Below, one piece after another: positions 1 to 9,599 of a stretch of 64,000 nt of DNA. Position numbers and translations under genes: made by a program. Every line of letters begins with the position of its first letter. Positions within the stretch are counted from its first letter, which is position 1. The DNA is from Nemertoderma westbladi (Eukaryota; Animalia; Xenacoelomorpha): the NCBI GenBank assembly GCA_032718475.1, contig JAUCBJ010007696.1:62001-126000 (forward strand), in the 5' to 3' direction. The notes under the pieces are model-generated. The model did no database searches. It was not told the origin of the DNA and saw only the letters and a program-made list of their open reading frames with translations.

Positions 1-13
1 CGGTACTGCATAA

Positions 14-2210
14 CGGCTGCTCCATGCCATAAACCTAGTACCGGTACGGTAACTGAAATGTTTTGAAAATTGTGATTTTTCGCCCTACTGCCCTAAATGG
101 CGTTTTCGTGGGTGGGCATAGAATTCAGCTGGCACAATCTTAAAGCCGTATCTGCAACCGGTGCTGATATATTACTATCCAGCCAGCTATCTACTATGCA
201 ATTCGAACTAACAATTCATACCCATTTTCCTCACTCAAAACACAGCAACTGCAAAATAATGCTAGTTATTGAGTTACTCAGTTACTGGGCTGCCAGGCTG
301 CTGGGTTTTTAAAATGTATCAACTGAATGTAATCACTCGATTTTATTGTTGCAACGGTTGCAAAACCCAGTTTGTTGAAATATATGTTATATTCCCTTTC
401 CCAAAATGTAGCAACTGCAATGCTGCAATGGGTTGCAGTTACTAGGTTTTGGTAAGTAGTTACTGGATTTTGGGAGCACAATACACAGCAATATCTGAAT
501 TGTGGTGAAGGTACTACAGTCAGACAGTACTAGGTTTTGGAAAAGTTTTCCCTGTTTAAATTTTGCAGAGTTTGATTTCCCAATACCTAGTAACTGTTAA
601 GTTGCTGTTATTTTATTGTTCCAAAAATGTAATTCTAGAATGATTGAGTGGAGGGGTATTTAAATTGATCAATTAGTGTGATTTCATTATGTTCAGTTAT
701 TCATGGGTCGTACTAAATACTACAAAAAGCACAAAACAAGCACAAAAAAGCACAAAAAAGTAAAAAAAAAAGCACAAAAAAGTAAAAAAAAAAAAGCACA
801 AAAAAACATTCTCACATCAAGAGACATGGGGGGGGGGGCGAAAATATGAGAGATATTGTTACAGACACACCCCCCCCCCCCCCCCCCCCACATACGAAGG
901 TAACCCATACGCCTATATGATTGATTAATTTGCAACGTTCTGACCTACAGCAGTGGTTAAACCCAGGCAGGAACTGTGTTTCCAACAGACGCAGATATCG
1001 TAACCAAGGCAGTTCCGACCTAAGCGAGATTCTTGCAAGTATGACTATGACTAATATCATCATACTTGTCCTCAGACGTTATCAATCGCCCACTCGAGAG
1101 GTTCGGGAAGACCGTGATGTGATAATTGTACAGTATGTCGATTTATCGGTGAATAAAGGCATTCCAATAACAGAATAATCGCGATTTCGGTCAACACTGA
1201 CATATCCAGTTTACAAGCGCCTATGCTGCGTCGCTACATCTCCCACATCGCTACATCGTTACAAGTAATTAACCAGAACGCTGATAAGTTGACATAATGT
1301 GACAATAACAAAGTCTATTACAGTATTATAAGTTCTATCCTGATATTTGAATTGAACCATCTTTACATTCTGACATTAGCCTGATATTGCACTAGGGTGC
1401 TCATGGTAGGGCTGTACCTGTAAGTGCTCGTGCTGGTACTCACTCACTGGCAGCTATATGACATGAAAGAATACTGGACATGTGATTATCCTTCCGGTAG
1501 CCTAGACACTACTGCACTACATGATATTGCTTCTATCATCTGTTCTATTACAAGCTCAATAAACAGCTATCAGTTTGATTTTTTGTCCTTTTTTTTACTT
1601 TTTTGTGCTTTTTTGTGCTTTTTTTTTACCTTTTTTGTGCTTTTTTGTGCTTTTTTTTGTGCTTTTCTTGATTTTTTTGTGCTTTTTTGTGCTTGTTTTG
1701 TGCTTTTTGTAGTATTTAGTAGGACCCGTTATTCATTGCAGCATTGACCCTTGGACAAACTGCAAACTACTGCCACATTGAACTATAGGCCTACAGGAAA
1801 ATTCTCCGTGATGGCCTTCACATTAGTTTTGCAAGCCAAATTCGGATAAAAGTGGATTTTGTTTGGAAACCGATCTAAATGAAAGACCCTTGGATGAACA
1901 AACTACAAAAGAATATAGACGTCACTTATATATGGCATCTCTAGCTCACAATGAATATAGGCCTACCAAAGACACTAACAACTAACATCCAATCTAAACA
2001 AACTGCCGCTTACGTTATGGAAATGCAGAAGGTTCTGCAACTGCCCTACTGGGTATTGAAAATAAAAATAATTACACATTCAATAAGGATAGTTCTGGAA
2101 AACAAGACAGAACGAAATGCCAGCCCGCAAAAGCTAGAAAACCTTAACTGCGATTATTTCAGAACTAGACGGAAAGCACTTACTTACTAGGTTTTGGCAT
2201 GGAGCAGCCG
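14..2210. mobile_element. Non-autonomous TIR element (~2.2 kb), superfamily unassigned
   Basis: CGGCTGCTCCATGCCATAAACCTAGTA (14-40) pairs with TACTAGGTTTTGGCATGGAGCAGCCG (2185-2210). Internal TACTAGGTTTTGG motifs recur; no clear TSD. Confidence 0.75.
705..1727. mobile_element. Mutator-like (MULE) non-autonomous element nested in the TIR element
   Basis: Long TIRs GGGTCGTACTAAATACTACAAAAAGCAC... / ...GTGCTTTTTGTAGTATTTAGTAGGACCC are built from AAAAAAGCAC repeats. A perfect 9-bp TSD, GTTATTCAT, lies at 696-704 and 1728-1736. Confidence 0.88.
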
Positions 2211-3149
2211 ATTGGGCCTACGTATATACTGTTATAGTAGTTTGAGTAAGTTAGGCCCACGGGCTGACCGCCGGTAGTAAGAACAGAAGAATGTAGCGTA
2301 CTACCACACCGGCAACAGGAAACATACAATTAAGTAGAACCTGCGTCTGTGCGTTGATAGACATATTGTACTTAATCCAACCGGAGAGCTCTAGAGCTGT
2401 ACTGATATGATAATAATTATGAATAGTACATTTTCATTGGACGCTTAAAGGCTGTAAGGAGTGTAGTAAGGCTCACTCAATCGGTTCGTTAGGCCTACCG
2501 TAACACGTTCGTGGGGCCATCGTGCAGGATGAGGCTCAGTTATTAGATACAGATTAAAATTGAGCAATTCTATCCCAAAATCGGTACTTAAGAAATTTAA
2601 ATAAATAATTAAGAAAATTTAACCAAAACCAATAAGAATACATCAAAGAAGAGAAGAAAGACCCCCCCCCCCCCCCCACCCTCCTTCAAGCGCCCTTTTA
2701 ATCTGCACCACCCCAACCCACAAGGAGCATAGAGGATTAAAGGAAGGCAGATAAAGCAAGCTGACTTTACCTCTACACTATGTAGTGGATATGTCCTATT
2801 GATGTAATTACCTGTTGCCAAGTAGTGCTGAGGTGGTTGGACTATGGTTCCCAGCGCCAGTAGATATGCTAGGCAATATCAAGCATGCCAATGGATGGGG
2901 GAGCTGGACGTATAGAGACGGTGGCATTTTGATAACTTATTACGTTTAGATCAATTAAAAACACATTTCTTAAAGCAAATCTCTTGAACTAATTAAAAAC
3001 TATAATGGAATGGGTTATGGGAATACATTTATATAATTTTGAAGTATAATTATTTAAATCTTATATATACTAGAAAATAATTAATATCCTTTAAGAGGCA
3101 GGTTGAAATTGCTGATTTTACCCTAATCAACTTAATTAACTAATTAACT

Positions 3150-5407
3150 ATATTTATTACCCTATTATTGAGTTATTTTCCCGGTTATTTAACCCGCGGG
3201 CAGGAAACAACCCGAGGGCGAAGCCCGAGGGTGTTCCTGCCCAAGGGTTAAATAACCGGGAAAATAACTCAATAATAGGGTAATAAGTGTGTTATTCCCC
3301 ATTATCTTCACTCACCTACGAGTAATTTTTTGCTAAGGATTCAAACATTTCTAAAAGGGTTTTGTTTGGGGGGAGTTGATTAAAAATGGGGCGTGGTATT
3401 TTTGGGGGGAAATAACTATGCATATATATTCTTATCACTATTTTGTTCAACATATTCAACGAATATGACTTATGGTAGACATTATTTCAGTAATCTTATT
3501 TTATGTCTATTATTTCAGTCATTTTTAATGCTTTCTTATGTGGCCTTTCTACAGTAGAGCAATAAATTTATTAAATTATGTATTTATATAGTAGGTGACA
3601 GCGTAAATGTTATAGCTCTATTTCTCAGATTTATTTCCCAGCTACAGATAAGGGGACTTTCGACGGAATAAAAGCGGGGTTGTAACAAGGGCGCATTTTT
3701 GCTTGCATCCGTAAATGATAGCTAAATGAGTACTGGCTTATCCACTGGGGAGTATAGTTCGAGGGGGCCCGCAATGGAAATAAGTCGCCTGACTTTGCAG
3801 GTAATCCCTGGCCTAACGGCCGAATAAAAATTTTCACTTTTTTTACTTTTGTGCCGATCCAGGGTAAAATCGACGCAGATAACAGCTGATCACTCCTAAA
3901 AATACAACTGTAACCTTTTCTATTGTCTTTAATTTATTGTTTTGGTTAGAATAATGTGCAATTGTAACACGCTCATTTCCCTTAATTTTTAATTTAACAT
4001 TAAGACGAAATATGAATTCGCCGAGATGGGTCAAATTTCACTGTTTTAAATAATTCCTGCTCTCGAGTAGTGCTCAGATAATGTTATTCAATTAGATACT
4101 GTAGTATACTGTACCTAGAAATTAAGTGCACATTAAGGTATCAAATACTTTAACTATAACTGTGACTGCGGTGTAGTACTTTTGTTATTACAGTTTTACA
4201 GATTGGGGACTGACTCTTGACGCAGACAATATTAATCCGCGTAGCACTACATTTTTATTCCATAAATCATGTTTACCATGGCAACATTGTAGAGTTCTAG
4301 AACACAATATAAATATTATACACTATTCTAGAACGTAAATAAAATTAAAAATATAACGTTCTAGAACATATAGCTAGTTATTTTTCAATTTTAAAATAGC
4401 TAGAAATTTAAAAAAAATATAAAAAACTTTTTATTAATGTTTGGTACTGTAGTTTGGAAATTTTCAATATTCATTTAAATGTAATTTGAAATTTCTTAAA
4501 AAACTTTTTTTAATCTACTAGCTATTTTAATTAAAAAAAACTAGCTACCGGTATGTTAGAAATATACCAATTTTCAATATTCATTTATATGTATTCAGAA
4601 ATTAATTTAAATACAATTATATTTAATTTACTAGCTATTTTTCAATTAATAAAAACTAGCTATATGTTCTAGAACGTAATATATTTTATTTTATTTATGT
4701 TCTAGAATAGTATATAATACGTTTCATTTGTTCTACAACTCTTTAACGTTGCCATAGTAACAATGATATATGTTTTAAAAATGTAGTGCTATAAGAAACT
4801 CTAGTCAAAACGGTATTCCTTCTAGAATAATATTTTTTCAAAAGGAACTACAGTATAAAACATTTAAATTATATATAAAAATTAACAAATGCTACGATAA
4901 AAAATTTATAGGGGAAAGTAGGAGAACGGAACCAGTAGCGTCGAAAATAATAGCTATGCTTATCTAAAACTTAGCTACCATAAAATTCAGTTGCTTGAAT
5001 ATGAAAGGGACATTTGATCATTGAAGGAATTTCTAGAACTCTCCTCATATTATCAGGTCTCAATCTTTAAAATCGGTTCCAGATTTACTATACCTCACTA
5101 CCATCCACGTATGCAAGGCCTCTGTACATTACTGTCGCTGTCTTACGGGATCATCTGCTGACAACTCTGTAATAAGTTCTAAACAAAGTGGTTGTGAATT
5201 GTAACCATGGTAGCTAGTGGATGGAACCTATTAAGATGCGAATATTTTATATTTTATTATTATATTCTAATTGATTGGCTGTAACTAAGCTACCAAAAGC
5301 GGGATAGGATTAATAACTGGTTATTTTCCCTAGGGCGAATTCGGATATTTTTTTACATAGCCCACCATTGTATTGTTATTTTAAACAGTTTGTAATGGGG
5401 AATAACT
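3150..5407. mobile_element. 2.26-kb insertion/deletion with a long terminal hairpin and asymmetric inverted repeats (possibly Crypton- or Helentron-related)
   Basis: Present in copy 1 and absent in copy 2 (empty site near 14451). TAACT direct repeat at 3145-3149 and 5403-5407; hairpin 3154-3286; 14-bp IR GTTATTCCCCATTA (3291-3304) / TAATGGGGAATAAC (5393-5406). Confidence 0.75.
4242..4791. repeat. Fold-back (long imperfect palindrome), AT-rich, rich in TTCTAGAA
   Basis: TAGCACTACATTTTT...CCATGGCAAC...GTTCTAGAACATATAGCTAG is mirrored by CTAGCTATATGTTCTAGAAC...GTTGCCATAG...AAAAATGTAGTGCTA. Confidence 0.8.
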
Positions 5408-5644
5408 GCTATTATCTTAGCTTCTCGAAGGCCACACGGAAATTCAACTTGGAAAATTTCTAAACTTTGGCCAGACTACATGTGTACCAAGTTTGGTTAA
5501 ATTTCATTAACATTTGGCTGAGTTATTAACGTTTAAAATTTGGACACAACAGATCAACAGAACACGTTCGTGGGGACTTCGCGCAGCACGAGGCTCAGAT
5601 ATGAGACACAAATTTAAATTTAGAATATAATAAAGCAGTACTCG

Positions 5645-6095
5645 GTACTCGTCTTCATTGTAAGCCTTGTTGCGCTCGTCCTTATTTGTATTTAAATTTT
5701 TTTCCTAAACGCAGACTTGCGATCTTTATAACTATCGATGCGTTCAATAGCGAAGCCATGTGTTTTATAGGAGTATAGTCCTGTAGTCATCGCAGTACTC
5801 GTCTTCATTATAATCCTCGTTGTGCTCGTCCTCATTTGTATTTAAATATATTTCCTAAATGCATACTTGTGATCTTTATAACTATCGATGCGTTTAATAT
5901 GCGAAGCCAGGTGTTTTATATGAGTATAGTCAACGCAGTACTCGTCTTCAGAATAATCCCCGTTGTGCTCATCCTGATTTGTATTTAAATATATTTCCTA
6001 AACGCAGACTGGCGATCTTTATAACTATCGATGCGTTCAGTATGCGAAGCCTGGTCTTTTATAGGAGTATAGTCAACGCAGTACTCGTCTTCATT
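5645..6095 (+). repeat. Tandem repeat, about 3 copies of ~143 bp
   Basis: GTACTCGTCTTCA recurs near 5645, 5795, 5938 and 6081; ATCTTTATAACTATCGATGCGTT occurs in each full unit. Confidence 0.9.
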
Positions 6096-7502
6096 ACTGC
6101 CAGCCGGAAACTCGGAGCAATAGGCCTACTGCTTGTACAATGCGTGTCAATTTCAACACCGCCAGGCACTGGGTGATGGCAGAGTGAGATTAAAAAACCG
6201 AATTATTTCATCCTCGGTTACGGTTAGTCCAGTTTGCCCGTAGCGGCAGCGATACCGAAAGTCAAGGTAACAGACAGAGGCGGCCTTGGTCTGTTGGTGG
6301 TGAGTTCAGGAGTTGTTTGATTTCAATTCCAACACTTTTCTGGGCAGCTGGGTAGACTCTGGTGGTAGTGGGTACCTGAACTAAGAATGCCAGTAGTGCG
6401 GTAGTTCTGTAGTTAGCAGTTGCTTTGCTACCAGTCCGGTTCTATAGTCTGACAGTCGTAGGAGTAGGCAGGCAGGGCGGTACGGCGCCAACGGCAGAAC
6501 GGACCCTCTAAACTAATTCAGGACCGCAGTCCAGCAGTCCGCACTACAGTGCATGGCTAATTAGGGCCTACAGAATTTGGCCTGTCCTGTACCAGTATAC
6601 TGGTATATACCGGTACGTGATCTATAATCACTGCACCGGTACCGCGGTACCAGTCAGCCAGTACCGTAAAACACCGAACACAGTATGGTATTGCAGTATT
6701 GTCTGATTGCAGGATTCCTGATTCAGGGATTGAGTATAGTACCGGTACAGGCAGACAGGCCACAATGGTATTACTGTAATTTCGTAATTTGCCAGAAACC
6801 CAGCTGATTTAGTCACCTAGCAACCCGCTGATGTCAAGCATTATAATTTTGGATAAATAAATTTATTATAACTGTAAGACAGTTGCACTGGTGCTGACAC
6901 AAATAAATCCAACATTAGCCGAAGCCAGTCTATGCGCGACCATTCACCCGCTGGATATACCCGGGAGACTGGATTCGGATGCTTTAATTTGATTGCAGTG
7001 CAGGCCTACCGTACTATTCGATTGATCGTTAATAAAATTCCTGACAAATATCATTCACTTTCGGGAAATATTAGCAGTTCCTTTAGGACGTGGCGCTCTA
7101 TCTATATAAACAGAGCTATGGCTCACACTAAACACAACGGAATGGATTATAAGTTACACATAAGGCGCATTCTTTAGGAGATGCTTTGTTACGCGGACAA
7201 GCACATACAGACTATTGCACACCGCTGCACACTGAATTGCCGATGGTCACTGATTTTAATCATATATAAAGAGAATAGCAACCGACATTTGTAGGGCCTA
7301 TAAAATAGCATTCAATTCACTACAAACCACGATAATATAAGTCGCAATTGCTATATGTAACCGGTCTCTCTAACCTTAGTGTATCAAGAAGATCGGGGTT
7401 TCTGATCGTTTATCATTATTCTCCAAATAACAATATGTAAACAACTGATACAAGTAATAACAAACAGTAAATAGCAGTAAATAATGTGCAATACAGCAGT
7501 AG

Positions 7503-7573
7503 GTACCATACCGTACCGTACCGTACCGTACCATACCGTACCGTACCGTACCATACCGTACCGTACCGTACCG
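7503..7573. repeat. (TACCG)n pentanucleotide microsatellite
   Basis: About 14 copies of TACCG/TACCA. Confidence 0.95.
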
Positions 7574-8384
7574 GTAACAGTTATGTGTTCTTATAATTAA
7601 AGCCGTTCTAATGTTGGAATAATTCAGAATAATTCCATAGCCGATGTTCCAGGCTCTGGAAAAACCAACACACTGAACCCTGTGAGCTGTTGCAGGTAGG
7701 TTTCAACACAAAGAAGAAAAGCTCTCATTGGCAGAGCTCCATATTCCACAGATTCCACGAATGTCTAAATGCCGAACTATTCGGGTTTTTGCAGCCCTTA
7801 GCCAACACACAGGATGAATCACTCTGCTTGGTTGACCTTGCTCTGGTTGGTTGATCGAACAGAACAAAGAGGCCATACGTACAGCAAATCAGCCAATCAG
7901 CCGGTAGCTTGCATCATTCGAGTTAGGGAGTTTTTCTTTAGAGTATTTGAGCGCATTTAGGGAAACTGGATTGCGAAGCAAAAGGGCCAGTTATATCCCA
8001 CAAAAGCTTTTACACATTGCTCTGTCCAGTATAGGTTGTTATAATGAGCCCTGGATTCGTAGTTGACACTTGGATTATATATCAGTGGAATTTTCCATTA
8101 ACCTTTACATTATATCGCCAATAAGGGAGATGCCTAACTTTAGGAATGTTGGTATTGGTCCGATGAAGAGGAGTTGGCTCATATGATGATTTGATTGGAT
8201 GCCCCTATATTGGACAGGTTGGAAATCATTACACAACGTATTTGGGACAGGTAGGAATAATAGAAAGCAGCATATAATGACGAGAGCAATATATGAGATA
8301 GAGGTTACACATTTAACCTGATAACAACCATTACGATCAGAGAAAACATGCCTCATATTAACAAACATCCCCACTCCCTATCAC

Positions 8385-8552
8385 TATTCTACTACTAACA
8401 GTTAAACAAAACACCCCCCCCCCCCCCCCCCCCCCTATACTACTAACGTTAATAACCCCCACCCCTCACCCTCTATCACTATGTCTACTACTAACCATTA
8501 AACACCCCCCCCCCCCCTCACCCCACCACAAGGTCTACTACTAACCACTAAC
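8385..8552. repeat. Degenerate tandem repeat of CTACTACTAAC alternating with poly-C tracts
   Basis: TACTACTAAC occurs four times, separated by C-runs. Confidence 0.7.
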
Positions 8553-8633
8553 GGGTAGTTGTGCGTGGTTGAACCGCAGTGACTCATCCTCAGAGGATGT
8601 GGTGATTGGCGGGTTGACGCCTGTTGCATTATA

Positions 8634-8947
8634 TATTCATTTTTAAAAAAGTTATGTTCTAGAACAGATATGTTTTGTTATAGACTGATAGAACATTTTA
8701 TAGAAAAAAATCTGGATTGTATTTAAAAGGCATGGAATCGTTCTAAAACGTGTTTAAAATCAATATAAAAAATTGTGAAAAAAAAATATTGTGAATAAAT
8801 TTAAAATTTTGAAAATTTTTTTTATTGATTTTAAACACGTTTTAAAACGATTCCATGCGTTTTAAATAGAATCTAGATTTTTTTCGAAAAAATGTTCTAG
8901 AACCAAAAATATTCGTTCTAGAACATGATTTTTTCTTAAAATGAATA
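8634..8947. repeat. Second fold-back palindrome of a related repeat family
   Basis: GCATGGAATCGTTCTAAAACGTGTTTAAAATCAAT is mirrored by ATTGATTTTAAACACGTTTTAAAACGATTCCATGC. The downstream flank (about 9000-9180) resembles about 4900-5050. Confidence 0.75.
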
Positions 8948-9545
8948 GCTAACATGTTCTGGAACATTTTCTATACAAATAGTAATAAAAACTACCTACT
9001 ACAAAATATTTATAGAGGGAAGTAGGTTGTCGGAATCAGTGTTGAAATTACTAGCTAAACCTACCTAAAACACTACAGCACTAGCTACCATAAAATTTAG
9101 TATTTTGCTTAACGAAGAAATTTCAATTACGACCGTTGACCAAATTGCAGCAAATGAAAATTTATAGAACTCTCCCCATATCAAAATAGTGTAAAAACAC
9201 TGGCCTCTTTTTTTAAGGCCAAATCAACAACATGTTAGGCTGTATATATAGTAGGCAAGGACAACTATACTACGTAGTAGAGTTGTCCTTGATAGTACAG
9301 TAGTAGGCCATGATCAGACCGGCTTTATAACAGTCTGACAGTCCAGGAGTCAGACAGCGGCCACTCCTGCACTCGGTAGCTGCAGTGTAGCAGTCAGGCA
9401 GTAGCGTGTACTGTACAGGTGACAGGTGCAGAGGTGTACTGCTACTGCTGTACCGTACCGGCTGACCGGTGCATACCGTACATTATTTAAGTATTTATTT
9501 ACTGTTACTTCTGTCAGTCTGTCTGTACTTGTTCAATACTGCAAT

Positions 9546-9599
9546 ATGCCACGAATATACTGTGGTCATCTCCCTCCCGATGTCAGAGAAAGAGATCTA
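9546..9599 (+). CDS. SRSF4/5/6-like: SR gene exon 1a (start codon, RNP2 of RRM1), truncated by transposon insertion
   Basis: ATG CCA CGA ATA TAC TGT GGT CAT CTC ... GAT CTA = [18 protein letters not shown], resembling the MPRVYIGRL...VRERD start of SRSF4/5/6. It ends at the TA target site 9598-9599. Confidence 0.9.

Larger units (their letters stand above)
1..6896 (+). repeat. Segmental duplicate, copy 1, of the 5' part of SR intron 1
   Basis: Nearly identical to 11292-15940; the ORF track repeats the same peptides. The copies differ by a few SNPs and indels and by the extra segment 3150-5407, and diverge after CTGGTGCTG. Confidence 0.97.

Noticed and set aside
97-2821. Short ORFs in the duplicated block, including Phe-rich and poly-Gly ones, and their copies at 11.4-14.1 kb
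   Set aside because: They arise from TIR repeats and homopolymer tracts, with no recognisable domains.
7600-8380. Possible decayed LINE fragment on the minus strand
   Set aside because: Only vague resemblance, with many stops; needs a BLASTX search.
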